Position numbers and translations under genes: made by a program
The notes under the pieces: model-generated
The model's input: the letters and a program-made list of their open reading frames with translations, nothing else
Databases searched by the model: none
Told to the model about the DNA's origin: nothing
Source of the DNA: Octopus sinensis
Lineage: Eukaryota
Assembly: GCF_006345805.1 (NCBI RefSeq)
Contig: NC_043013.1
Location: 10,912,001-10,976,000, forward strand
DNA length: 64,000 nucleotides
Direction of reading: 5' to 3'
Part shown: positions 27,706 through 41,167 of the stretch, in pieces
How positions within the stretch are numbered: the stretch's first letter is position 1
Layout of the letters: each line of letters begins with the position of its first letter

Positions 27706-28343
27706 GAGTACACTGGATAATACCGTATGTAAATTCACTATATTCAAATAGTTTACTTTTGTTTTTAAGTTTCGACACAGAGCCAGAAATTCTGACGAGA
27801 GAGTGTTAATCAACGTTTGACTGACCTTATAGTTTTATCAACGCCGAAGTATGAAACGTAAAGTTGATATCGTTCAGTTTCAAGCTCACAGCGTTAAAAA
27901 CCAGAAGAAACACAGGAAGAACCATCAAATCCAATATAACAATTATTTAAACTTTGTAATTAAATCATATCACCGAGTGATATCACCGTGCTGTTGTTGA
28001 AGCCTAAATTAAGTTAATGATTAGCTAATTATTTTATACATTTCATTACTCATCTCTGCATGATCGACGAATTTATATAATAATGGAGTACGTAATAATC
28101 AATAATTCTATAGATTCGTTTGCAAAGTGCGTATCAAAAGATTAAGTGATCGTTAATTATTGCTCTGTGCATTACGTTTTATTATTTCACTCTTTGTTAA
28201 ATTCTATATTATATTATTATATTTAATAGAATTTAAATTGAAAAATGGCTTAATAGAAGCATACTGTGGGATTCAACCGCTGTTCTCCTTTCTTTCTGAC
28301 ACACTCTACCTCTCTTTCCCCGCCTCTCTCTCTCTCTCTCTCT

Positions 28344-28440
<97 letters not shown>

Positions 28441-28497
28441 ATTTGAAGATTGAGAGTTACAATTACACTCTCCCCTCTCTCTCTCTCTCTCTCTCGT

Positions 28498-28569
<72 letters not shown>

Positions 28570-28615
28570 TAATACCGATATACGTACATGCATTCATACA
28601 TATACACACTAATGC

Positions 28616-28646
<31 letters not shown>

Positions 28647-29287
28647 CATGTATAAATATATATACATACAAACACAGGCACTGCATACACAGAAACAGCA
28701 TATATATACAAAGAAGCACACACATTCACACACACGCATACACACACATATACACACACACACATTCCTCCCTGTGTTAAGCTATGACTTCCACCCTCAC
28801 ACACACACACTCTGTCTGTCTCTCACTCTCTCTCTCTCTCTCTCCCTACCTGTCAGTCTGTCTCCACTCATTTTGTTTTCTTCTCTTAGAGATAGGAGAT
28901 AACAAATATTGTGAAATATCATTTCGACTTTCTTTGCGTTCAAAAAGGAACTAAGCGAGAAGCGTTGTTGCTTTCATTGTTGTTGCCGTCGTCTTTGTCG
29001 CCATTTACGTTATTCGCAGATCAGTCCTGAGAGAATGGAGCAACTGATAAAATTGTATTGGTTGATTTACATGCGTCTGTTTGTTTATTTACTTTTCGGG
29101 CTAATAGCAACATTGCAAGACGGCAGTGGGTAATCTAACGGGAGATTTGACTGCTATGTTTAGCACTTCAAGTAACCACCTTCACATACACAGACACACA
29201 CCTGTCCATATAGATATGTGTTTAAGTGTGTGTGGATACACGTGAATATATTTACATTGTGTACTATATATATATTATATATAATAG

Positions 29288-29679
29288 GCAGCAGTATCGC
29301 CCGGCGTTGCTCGGGTTTGTAAGGGAAATAATTATATAAGATTTTTAGAGATTAAAGTATAATAGCCATCTCAATATGGCTAACAGAAAGGGGGAGGGGT
29401 GTTACTGTAGCTTTTTACGTTCTGAGATTTAATAATAAATTTTAGAGAGTTACTTCCCTTATATATGTCAAAAATGGATTAAAAATGGGAAAAATTGATG
29501 ATAATTTTTTTTAAAAATCGTAGACTCATCGTAGACGCGCGCTAATACCCAGACGGTCTCGATATGAATCACGAATATAAGATACCCGGTTTTGGTTAAA
29601 CTGCACCGCAAAATGTGGGAGTAGTTAGGAATCTAAATCGTAGGAGACAGACACACAACCTCACTTTTATATATAAAGA
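29288..29679 (-). mobile_element. Non-autonomous Helitron
   Basis: Minus strand starts A|TCTTTATATATAAAAG and ends with the hairpin CCCGAGCAACGCCGGG near a decayed CTAG. Paralog of 33167-33551. Confidence 0.85.
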
Positions 29680-29833
29680 TTTCCTCTATTTACATAATAT
29701 TGAGGTCTCTTTCTTTCTTTTGTTATCTTACTGTTTTTACCAATATACATATATATAAATATATATATAGTTACAGAGATGTACTTGCATAGCAAGTGAC
29801 TTGATCTGAGATCGTGTGCTGGAACGAAAACAG

Positions 29834-30090
29834 TTGCAGCTGAAGAGGTGTTTATAAGCCATTAAGAAACACACAAAAACCGTTAGATTCACTTCAACAT
29901 TTAAATTTAATTTGTCAAAATATTTTCGTCGCTTTGAGACCGCGACCTGTTAGCACGATATTTTGTCAGTGAACAGGTCGCGGTCTCAAAGCGACGAAAA
30001 TATTTTGACAAATTAAATTAAATGTTGAAGTGAATCTAACGGTTTTTGTGTGTTTCTAAATGGCTTACAAACACCTTCCACGCTGCAATT
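29834..30090. mobile_element. Long foldback element between TA-rich tracts
   Basis: Arms ~29834-29951 and ~29971-30090 are near-perfect reverse complements around a ~19-nt loop. Confidence 0.8.
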
Positions 30091-30107
30091 ATATATATAC
30101 ACACATA

Positions 30108-30139
<32 letters not shown>

Positions 30140-30464
30140 GTATATGTATGTGTGTATAGTGTATGCATGTTGTGTGTGTGTGTGCGTGTCTGTGCTTGTG
30201 ATTGTCCTCCACCACTGCTTGACAACGAATTGGTTTGTTTACATCCCTGTCACCTAGTGGTTTGACAAAGGAAACAGATAGAATAATTACAATGCTTACA
30301 AAAATAAAACTGGAGTTGATTCTTTAAACTACAATTCTTCAAGGCATTGCCCCAGCATGGCCACAGACCAATGGCTGGAAAAAGCAGAAGAATAAAAGAA
30401 TACATTCTCTGCTTTGGTATTATGTTCAAGGCATGAGAAAGCTTGAGTTTACATGAGAAGGCCT

Positions 30465-30730
30465 AACAGACCTGGTAGAAACAGCAGCCAAATCTCCCTC
30501 AAATCACACTTACCGTCTTATGTATGTATATATATATGAGCCAATGAGGGGGACCTCTACATGGTAGCTAGACCTGGTAGAATAGCAGCCAAATTTCCCC
30601 CAAATCACACCTTACTGTCTTATCTATGTATATATGTATGTATGAGCCTATGAGGGAGACCCCTACATGGCAGCTAGACATGGTAGAAATAGCAGCCAAA
30701 TCTCCCTCAAATCACACCTTACTGTCTTAT
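30465..30730. repeat. Three tandem copies of a dispersed motif (GAAATAGCAGCCAAATCTCCCTCAAATCACAC)
   Basis: Three copies here, with decayed relatives at ~25245, ~29135, ~42940 (minus) and ~44900. Confidence 0.75.
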
Positions 30731-30869
30731 CTTTCTGCTACTTGGATATAGGTCTTATATTCGTCGTAAAAAACTTTCCTGTCACACACTCACGCACACA
30801 CACACACACGCACCCTCTCACACACACACACGCGCACACGCACACACACACTCACACACACGCACGTTA

Positions 30870-31227
30870 GCTTACAATTTTATTTATATATTTGCGTGTC
30901 TATGTGTGGAAAGAGGAAGTGGGAGGCAGAGTGAAAGAATCACTCACTACAGTAAGTGAATTAGTTTCATTTTATTCGTTGCCCACTGTGTGTGTGCGTT
31001 TGCGTGTGGTGTGTAAACCAGACTAAGAAAAGCATTTGACACACACACCAGAATGTGCGTTTTCTGTAAATTTTGCTTAATTGGAGTTTAAATTTTAAAA
31101 ACTGGACCTGGCATGACGCGATGCATTCTACTCTTAAAAATGCTAGGTAAATTGTAATTGAAGAAATCCTATATGTAGATTTCTATAACTCCCAAAGGGA
31201 GGCAGATAAAATCTGCCTTTTATAATA

Positions 31228-31230
<3 letters not shown>
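30870..31230 (-). mobile_element. Probable 5' part of a second Helitron-like family
   Basis: Minus strand starts A|TCTTATTATAAAAGGCAG with a subterminal hairpin AGGCAGATAAAATCTGCCT. No 3' CTRR end found. Confidence 0.45.
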
Positions 31231-31278
<48 letters not shown>

Positions 31279-31570
31279 AAAATAACACAAACATATATAT
31301 ACACCACTCAACATATATATATATATATTATCTTACACACACACATACACTCATATATATATATTACACACACACAACATTTAATACAGATATAGTTAAT
31401 TGCATTCATACATGTTCACACTCATGTATATCGATGAAAACACATACAAATTCACAACACACACGCAATCTCACACATACGTACACATACACGCACAGGC
31501 TCACACATGTATACACGCACATATTCCACGCTATGTTAAGTTAGGTATTCTGCACTCTCTCTGCTTATAC

Positions 31571-31626
<56 letters not shown>

Positions 31627-31633
31627 TGATAGA

Positions 31634-31665
<32 letters not shown>

Positions 31666-31769
31666 TAGATATGCTTACATACATATATAATAAATATATA
31701 CCAGCACATTTACATTCACATACGCACACTTGTACACTCACATACGTACGCACACATATACACATACAA

Positions 31770-33130
31770 GATGTAGTCCAGAAGGTCTGAATCTTTTTTA
31801 AGAGAGCCAGTTGTAACTGTCCTAAATTATTGCAATTTACTAGTTCATTAATATATATTTATTAAGCTGACCTGCTAAATTTCGTTGTTCCGAATTCAAG
31901 AAGATCGCTGCAAAATCTCTTTCAACACATGCTATTAATCACAGCTAGTCACAGCTGACGATTTTGCAGAATGTAGTATGGAAGCTCGTTATGCAATAAC
32001 TTTTCTGCAAAGCTAGGCCCGGGTGTCGGAACACATTTTTAGCCAATTATCTCAAAATTTATTTACCGTAAATCCTCGAGTATAATGCGCAGGGGATATT
32101 TAGGGGGCTGTACCTCTGAAAAACCTAAACCTTTTGTATAATACGCACCCCTTCTCTAACTTGAGTCAAGGAGGTCTATATAACGTCTTTGGTTTGTAAA
32201 AATGTATACAGTAACGTCCTTTATTATTATTGTATATATAACATAATGCAAACGTGTAGATTTTTTGTGCATTTTGTTTGCAGAGAATAAAGAAATAACA
32301 GTAATAACGTTTAATAAATGTTGTTTACTGCAAGTTATGGATGATTCTTTTATGACTTCATTGCTTTCAGGCTTAGCTTAAGGTATCTTCGCGCCCGACA
32401 TCACAAAATGCGTCTGAGTAAAAATTGCCGGACAGCAAATAGAGACTCGGACATTGCTTAGAAAATAATTTTCATTTTGAACCTCGTATATAGTACGCAC
32501 TAGGAATTTGACCTTTAAATTTTTGGGAGAAAATGCGGATTATACTCGAGGATTTACGGTAATTATGTCGACGTTACTTCCTTGATTTGAAAGGGAGAAA
32601 AATCATAGATTCTTTGAATTCAAAAGGTTTACTGGATCTGTTTGATTGAATCTGTTTATATGAATCTATTTACACGTTCATTACGTTGGATAGAGGCAGT
32701 GTTGCTTGAAGAAAGATTTCTGCCGTACAAAGGAAAACATCATTTATACAATTTCACTTACGTCTAATGAACACTCTTTATCCAACAAAAATTTCATTTT
32801 TACACCACTTGGAGTAATTTACCCCCGTTCGGCGAGCCCTGCTAGGCTGCTAGGTAAATACACTACAAGAACTTATGAAATGCTCTAGACAAGCCGAGCA
32901 TCTATTTTTCGATAGCACATGAGGCTCAAGGACAGGAAAAAAGAGGTGAGAGATGATGACATCAGTTTTCTGGATACGATCGTCAGTTTGGAGTTAGTGT
33001 GGGAACTGTACTCACAATTATACATGAAAATTTGAACACGTGTAGCATTCATGCAACGTTTTTTTTTTTTTACCAGGGTGCTCGGTAATGAATAGAAGGT
33101 AAGATGCTTTGATGAGAGCCGGGATATGAT
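31770..33130 (+). pseudogene. Mariner transposase N-terminal relic split by nested insertions
   Basis: MEARYAITF at ~31978, resuming after ~32845 as LGKYTTRTYEML...KDRKKEVRDD...GVSVGTVLTIIHENL, which fits a mariner double-HTH pattern. Confidence 0.6.
32066..32559. mobile_element. Tc2/pogo-like MITE
   Basis: TIRs CCGTAAATCCTCGAGTATAAT / ATTATACTCGAGGATTTACGG with a TA duplication on both sides. Confidence 0.9.
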
Positions 33131-33166
33131 TTCAATTCATTACCTCCAATCCAAACGTCACACACA

Positions 33167-33551
33167 TTTTTATATATAAAAGTGAGGTTGTGTGCTGTCT
33201 GTCTCCTACCATTTAGATTCCTAACTACTCCCACATTTTGCGATGCAGTTTAACCAAAACAGGGTATCTTATAGTCGTGATTCATATCGAGCCCTTCGTC
33301 GTGATTCATATCGAGTCTACGGTTTTAAAAACAATTTACCATCAATTTTTCCCATTTTTAATGCATTTTTGGCATATATAAGGGAAGTAACTCTCTAAAA
33401 TTTATTATTAAATCTCAGAACGTAAAAAGCTACAGTAACACCCCCCTTTGTGGTTAGCCATATTGAGATGGCTATTATACTTTACATCTCTAAAAATGCT
33501 TATATAGTTATTTCCCTTACAAACCCGAGCAACGCCGGGCGATACTGCTAG
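33167..33551 (+). mobile_element. Non-autonomous Helitron
   Basis: Inserted at A|T, with 3' hairpin CCCGAGCAACGCCGGG followed by CTAG|T, and no TSD. Confidence 0.88.
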
Positions 33552-33558
33552 TGTATAT

Positions 33559-33618
<60 letters not shown>

Positions 33619-33639
33619 GGAGAGACAGACGCAATTCTT

Positions 33640-34200
33640 CCTTTTACGCCTTAATATTAGATGCAACACCACTACATTCACAGAGGAAGTATTCCAAAAA
33701 AAACAGAAAGATAGCTTACTGTCAGAGACAGCCAATGCAAACCGTAATGACCCCAAGACAGTTCCCTAATTGACGCTATATGCAATTTGAGAGGGTACCA
33801 TTGGCAGCAACTACTTGACTTTTATCTATTTGGAAGACATGCAGCCTCACCTCCTTTCTACCAGCTATGCCACGGTCATGAAGATTGTCACATATGTCCT
33901 GATCTACCTTATCAAAAGTCAAGATATATCACATTGACACCTGAATGCTTCAAAACCCTGTCATAGTTTTGAAGAACTGTATTGAAACCATGCTGTGTAT
34001 CGTTCACTTTCTTCTTGGAATGTTATCAGTTTCTCTTTGATGATTCGTTCCATGACTTTAGTATGTGAGGTTAGAGAGATTGGCCTCTAGATGTTAGCCA
34101 CTGATTTACACCCATCTTTATGGATAGGGCGTGTAATACCTTCTTTTAGCTTCTTAGGGTGTTTACCACTTGCAAGGAAACTCTGGAAAAACATCTGAAG
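33640..34200 (-). pseudogene. Decayed CR1/L2-type reverse transcriptase fragment
   Basis: Minus strand gives PIHKDG...RPISLTS...KVMERII, VIYLDF..DKVD and GTVLGSLRF (cf. PQGTVLGPLLF), with stops and frameshifts. Confidence 0.7.
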
Positions 34201-34563
34201 TGGTAAAATTAAAAAGCATCTCAAGTATGCTTACATAACTACAGGTTCTTGATAGACAGATAGATACAAGGAGAGATAGATAGTAGAGATAGATAGAAGG
34301 GAGAGAGAGAGATAGACAGCGAGAGAGAGAGATAGAGAGAGAGAATTAGTTGTTTTGTATGTAGTCCCTTCTCTGGCAGGCCTAAACTATTTCAAATGAA
34401 GTTATTAAAAGCTGTAGTATTTTTTCTTGTTGCAATCATTGAAGATTTGTGAGTTATAATTACACTCTATTTTGAGTCTTGTAGTACATGTTTGTATATA
34501 AAAGTGCTGAAGCCTATCTAAAAACCAACAACAAATGAAAACACTGTGTATGTGTTTCGTATA

Positions 34564-34966
34564 CTCTTTTACTCTTTTACTTGTTTCAGTCATTTGACTG
34601 CGGCCATGCTGGAGCATCGCCTTTTTTTTTAATCGAGCAACTCGACCCCGGGACTTATTCTTTTGTAAGCCCAGTACTTATTCTATCGGTCTCTTTTGCC
34701 GAACCGCTAAGTAACGGGGACATAAACACACCAGCATCGGTTGTCAAGCAATGCCAGGGGGACAAACACAGACACACAAACACACACACGCATATATATA
34801 CATATATACGACGGGCTTCTTTCAGTTTCCGTCTACCAAATCCACTCACAAGGCTTTGGTCGGCCCGAGGCTATAGCAGAAGACACTTGCCCAAGGTGCC
34901 ACGCAATGGGACTGAACCCGGAACCATGTGGTTGGTAAAGGAGCTACTTACCACACAGCCACTCCT
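34564..34966 (-). mobile_element. SINE family A
   Basis: Reverse complement colinear with 9007-9431. Confidence 0.9.
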
Positions 34967-34969
34967 ATA

Positions 34970-35009
<40 letters not shown>

Positions 35010-35012
<3 letters not shown>

Positions 35013-35446
35013 TATTATTACATTACAACTATTACGTAATTCCAAGCTCCCAAAATATGTGTCGGACTTGAAATACCCTACATTCGCCCCTTAGTTTTCT
35101 GTATTTTTTTAACTCTATGTAAAATTATTGAGTAAATAGATAAAATATCTACGTACATTTACCTGAGTGCCCCTCTTAATAATTTCAACTTTTGTTTTTC
35201 TCACTCTCTCTCAGTATATATAGTAATCATGTTAAACAGTTTACGCCTACACGTGTTTTTCCCTCTTCGTTTTTTTTTTATTTCGTTCTCTCTCCTCTTT
35301 TTTCCCTCTTAATCCTTCCTGTCGAAGAGCGTAGACTCGAAACTTAAAAGACTGTTCCATTCTTCCGAGCATCAAACTAACAAGCCTGCATGTTGCTCCT
35401 ACGCCTGTCTTCATCTTTTGCTTTTCTCTAAATTTGATATATATAC

Positions 35447-35494
<48 letters not shown>

Positions 35495-35928
35495 CATATT
35501 ATTACATTACAACTATTACGTAATTCCAAGCTCCCAAAATATGTGTCGGACTTGAAATACCCTACATTCGCCCCTTAGTTTTCTGTATTTTTTTAACTCT
35601 ATGTAAAATTATTGAGTAAATAGATAAAATATCTACGTACATTTACCTGAGTGCCCCTCTTAATAATTTCAACTTTTGTTTTTCTCACTCTCTCTCAGTA
35701 TATATAGTAATCATGTTAAACAGTTTACGCCTACACGTGTTTTTCCCTCTTCGTTTTTTTTTTTTTTCGTTCTCTCTCCTCTTTTTCCTCTTAATCCTTC
35801 CTGTCGAAGAGCGTAGACTCGAAACTTAAAAGACTGTTCCATTCTTCCGAGCATCAAACTAACAAGCCTGCATGTTGCTCCTACGCCTGTCTTCATCTTT
35901 TGCTTTTCTCTAAATTTGATATATATAC

Positions 35929-35976
<48 letters not shown>

Positions 35977-36403
35977 CATATTATTACATTACAACTATTA
36001 CGTAATTCCAAGCTCCCAAAATATGTGTCGGACTTGAAATACCCTACATTCGCCCCTTAGTTTTCTGTATTTTTTTAACTCTATGTAAAATTATTGAGTA
36101 AATAGATAAAATATCTACGTACATTTACCTGAGTGCCCCTCTTAATAATTTCAACTTTTGTTTTTCTCACTCTCTCTCAGTATATATAGTAATCATGTTA
36201 AACAGTTTACGCCTACACGTGTTTTTCCCTCTTCGTTTTTTTTTTTTATTCGTTCTCTCTCCTCTTTTTTTCCTCTTAATCCTTCCTGTCGAAGAGCGTA
36301 GACTCGAAACTTAAAAGACTGTTCCATTCTTCCGAGCATCAAACTAACAAGCCTGCATGTTGCTCCTACGCCTGTCTTCATCTTTTGCTTTTCTCTAAAT
36401 TTG

Positions 36404-36436
<33 letters not shown>

Positions 36437-36450
36437 ATATATATATATAT
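35010..36450. repeat. Tandem triplication of a ~483-bp unit separated by (TA)n
   Basis: Units start at 35010, 35494 and 35976. They differ almost only in homopolymer and TA-run lengths. Confidence 0.95.
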
Positions 36451-37894
36451 GCATAATTAAATATATCCACATATGTAAATTTGCATGCATAATTTATATA
36501 TGAAGCCCAATCGCGTTTAGCAATATCAGTACCTCTAGTTTTCTGTCTCTCTCACTCCCTCTCTCCTTCAGACTTTCCCCCCTCTCTCATTCATACTTCC
36601 TCCCTCTCTCTCTCTCTATATATATATACACATATACACACACGCACACACATCACCCACACTGTATATGTTGCGCGCGCGCGAACACAGACATATATGT
36701 ATAAGACGGACTTCTTTCAGTTACCGTCTACCAAATCCACTGACAAGGATTTTGTCAGGCTGAGGCTTTAGTAGAATACACTCGCCCAAGGTGCCTCGCT
36801 GTGGGACTGAACCCGGAACCATTAGGTTGTAAAGTATGCTTCTTACCATACCGCAACGCCTGTGCTTATGTATATATATATATGTATGTGTGTGTTTGTG
36901 TGCGTATTTATCCGTCCATTCATCAACCTACTCCACCCTGTATTACTGAAAGGGTCAACGCGGGAGCGTCATTAGGCAACTCCTTCATAGGGTCATATCA
37001 GAAGCAATAGTCATTTACTTGTGCCGGACTGAATTCCTAAGCGTGATCAAATGGAACTGCAAACATTATCCAACCACGTCATTATTGACCCACCTCTTGG
37101 TCTCCTGCTATTTCGCTCGTCTTAAAGAATCTATGATGCTCTTCTTTCCTGTGAAATTCTAATCACATGTACACACTTCCGGAGCAGCTCGACCTGTATA
37201 GGAGACCTGAACTCTGAACTACTTATCTAACCCCCTCCCCCAACACACACATACACATACACATACGATATGTATGTGTGTTGTGTTCTCAGAGATATAC
37301 AGCTAAATGATAATAGTGACTTTTCGTATTGATACCGAATGTTGCGATTCACCAAGAACTAAGATGATAACAACGACGAAGATGATGATAATTGTGGCGT
37401 TGGCGGTGATGATGCAGACGCTGATAGAAGAGGATGCTAGAAGATAGGAATCACGTGGAGGCGGAAGAAAATGTCTGTTATAGAGTTGTAATTATAAGCA
37501 ATGATAATGAGGAGAAATAGGAGGAAAGTAATGATAGGAACGACGATGATAGCGACGACTACAACGAAGTAAACTTCGATTACGACGAGGGTGAAGATGA
37601 CGATGATGATGTTGATGACGATGGGGATGATGACGAGGATGATGTTGATGACGATGGTGATGATGATGATGATGTCATTTAAAATTTTTATTGACGACGT
37701 CGATTATGAGGCCGGCATCAACATCATCATTATCGATATCACCACCCGCCATCATCATAAACACGTGATCCATGGTACTTGATGAAGCTGATGATGCTGA
37801 AAGGAGAAAGGATGTTTGTGTTGATGATGATGAGGAGGAAGGCAGAAAAGATGGTCGAAGAATATGTTAATGATAATGATGATGATAATAATCT

Positions 37895-38324
37895 TTATAC
37901 TATAGGCACAAGGCATACAATTTCGGTGGAGGTTGCCAGTAGATTACAAATGTCCCAGTGCTTGATTAGAACCTCATCAGCGACCACGAAAGGATGAAAG
38001 TCAAAATCGACCTCGACAGAATTTGAACACACAACATACGTAAGAACAGATGAAAAGCCCCAAGGCATTTTGCCCAGCGTGTTAACGATTCTTATGTCTT
38101 TACTACCCACAAGAGGCTACACACAGAGGGGACAAACAAGGACAGACAAACGGATTAAGTCGATTATATCGACCCCAGTGCGCAACTGGTACTTAATTTA
38201 TCGACCCCGAAAGGATGAAAGGCATTGTCGACCTCGGCGGAATTCGAACTCAGAACGTAGCGGCAGACGAAATACTACTAAGCATTTCGCCCGGCGTGCT
38301 AACGCTTTTGCCAGATCGTTGCCT
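37895..38324 (-). mobile_element. SINE family B (young copy 38092-38324 joined to an older copy)
   Basis: Reverse-complement head, core and tail. Confidence 0.85.
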
Positions 38325-38728
38325 TACTGATGGTGGAATAATAAAGATGGTGATTGTCACGTTTATTTGGTTGCTGATAGTGAACGTTATACATGTTATT
38401 GTATAAAAGAAGACAGGAATTAACGAACATTTCAGGATAGCTATTGACAATATTCTTCAGAAAAATCAGCTGGAATAGCAAGATTGCTTGCTGCTGTTGC
38501 TGCTGCTGCTGTAAATGCTACTGTCGGTGCTGTTGTTGCTACTTCTACTCTAATTACTGCTGCTAATGTGAGTGAACTTACAACAGCTATGGCTGCTGAT
38601 ACTGAAATTCAACGAAAATTAAAACTAATACCATTAGCAAAAGGCAGTGAAGAGTCTCTATATATTTGCATATATGTGTGCTTGTGTGCATGTGTATGTA
38701 TACACACACATATACATACATAGATACA

Positions 38729-38767
<39 letters not shown>

Positions 38768-38852
38768 TCTCACATTTATAGATACGCTTGCTTCTATATT
38801 TCTCCGATTTACTTTCTCTCATTTCTTTTCTTTCAATTTCTAACTTATTTTT

Positions 38853-38877
38853 CTGAAGAGTGAATACACGAAACGTT
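38853..38877 (+). ncRNA. Minimal hammerhead core motif
   Basis: CTGAAGA-GTG(AATA)CAC-GAAAC-GTT: canonical core and stem II with a palindromic AACGTT. Stem I is poor. Confidence 0.55.
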
Positions 38878-39063
38878 CAATGCATTTCCTTGTAAGTGTA
38901 TGTGTGTGTATGTGTGTGTGTGTGTGGTGTGAGTGTGTGTGGTGTGTGTGTGTCCACATTTTTACTCCATTTCCTATGCATCAAAACAATACCAGCTCTT
39001 TATTTAATTTGTACATATTCTTTTATTTCTTCCCACTTTTGCTTTGTATACATATACATATAT

Positions 39064-39096
<33 letters not shown>

Positions 39097-39195
39097 ACAC
39101 AATAAACAAGAAGATCTGCCTTCAATATCATTTAGACATAGAAAATATTGCACCAAAAACAGAGTCAACTAGAAGAATATTTACAACAATGATTA

Positions 39196-39235
<40 letters not shown>

Positions 39236-39258
39236 CCTCCTCCTCCTCCTCCTCCTAC

Positions 39259-39295
<37 letters not shown>

Positions 39296-39628
39296 AGTGG
39301 TGCAGTGATCAATTGGCTCGTAAGCCCGGTTTCCCGGATAAATATTCTCCCATTGCAAGTAACGTCACTCAATCGCGGTTTGCTCCAGTTTGCAAGCTGT
39401 GTGGACCGTTGCGATGCTCAAGAAATAAACACAGCTTACTTACACAAGTGGAGTCCATCACTGAATCACGTACATCCATAATATTAATGGCGCAGTAGAA
39501 TTTTAAGAAATCAGAATACAGAAATTAGTTAACTTAGTAGAATTTCGGAAAAAGTGAAGGCATTATTAAGAAAGATATTACTATAAATGTATGCTCGTGT
39601 GTTGCTGCACACACTCGCACACACACGC

Positions 39629-39708
<80 letters not shown>

Positions 39709-39820
39709 TTTTATCGAAAATGTATTTTATATGTATTTAATATGTAACAAATCAGAGAGATCTCATCTAGAGAAACAGAATTTAGTTAGTATTAGATAGA
39801 TAAATAGATAGATAGGAAGG

Positions 39821-39880
<60 letters not shown>

Positions 39881-39980
39881 GGATGGATAGCTAGATAGAT
39901 AGATAGATAGACGGATAGATAGATAGAAAGACAGACAAATAGATAGATAGATACACAGACAAATAGATAGACAGACAGAC

Positions 39981-40043
<63 letters not shown>

Positions 40044-40570
40044 GAGATAGATAGATAGATAGATAGATAGAGAGATAGAGAGACATCAGCTGAAATTTGA
40101 AGCGACGAAAGGCAATTACTTTGTCCCATATTCTTGTCTTACAATAAATTTTATCGACCCTGAGAGTGAGGAAGCGAAGGTGATCGCTGCAGGATTCGGA
40201 CTCAGAAGGTAAATCGAACGTAACTATCTTACTAAAAGACGGTCTATCGACTAGGCCAATTAACCGGCTTGATACACGGAGGAGGATATATATAATGTCA
40301 GATATATATATATATATATATTTATATACTGGCTATCCTCCATCAAATCTAAAATGACGTATATTTCTCAATCACAGGTTTCAGTTCCAATTGAACAACA
40401 GCCAATAAGATTTGAGATGTAACGGAACTGTAAGCACAGCTGCCCTGTGATTATCAGTACAATCTCAGTTATTGATGTTAAGAACTATAACAGGCGAAGC
40501 CGTCATTTTGTGTATCATTTGTTATTTTGACGTAATTCTGTGGACAACGCTCGCTCTTTCTTTCTTTCTT

Positions 40571-40602
<32 letters not shown>

Positions 40603-40896
40603 GTATGTGTAGGTGTGTGAGCGACACACAGATACAAAAACACACAGACACAGGCACACATACAAACACATACCTATATACATATATATATATATATATA
40701 GATATATATATATATGTATATACATACATATATATGTATATTATATATTATTATATATATATATATATATATATAGTTATATATATAGATATATATATAT
40801 ATACATATATACATATATATATACATATACACATATATACATATATATATATATATATGTATATGTATATATGTATATTTATATATATATATACAT

Positions 40897-41105
40897 ATGT
40901 GACCTCGTGAGTACCACTGGCTATTTATTTCCTGTCTTCCTTTCTCTGGATCTTTCCTTCTCCTATGTTTCCGACGAAGAGCTCCGCTCGAAACGTTAAA
41001 CCCTCCTTCTTCCCTTCTTTCCTGGGCGTCCAATAATACTTTATTTGTTCCTCGTCTTCGCGTTGTTGTATTTTTTTTTTTTTTTGTGCTTTCTTGTTTG
41101 GATTA

Positions 41106-41167
<62 letters not shown>

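Noticed and set aside
30465-30730. Repeat-spacer appearance resembling CRISPR
   Set aside because: Eukaryotic context, related rather than unique spacers, and no cas genes.
40352-40510. Patchy inverted repeat (aaaatgacg..aatcacagg..cagttcc / ggaactg..cctgtgatt..cgtcatttt)
   Set aside because: Only short matching blocks with unequal spacing, so it cannot be distinguished from chance or a very old MITE.
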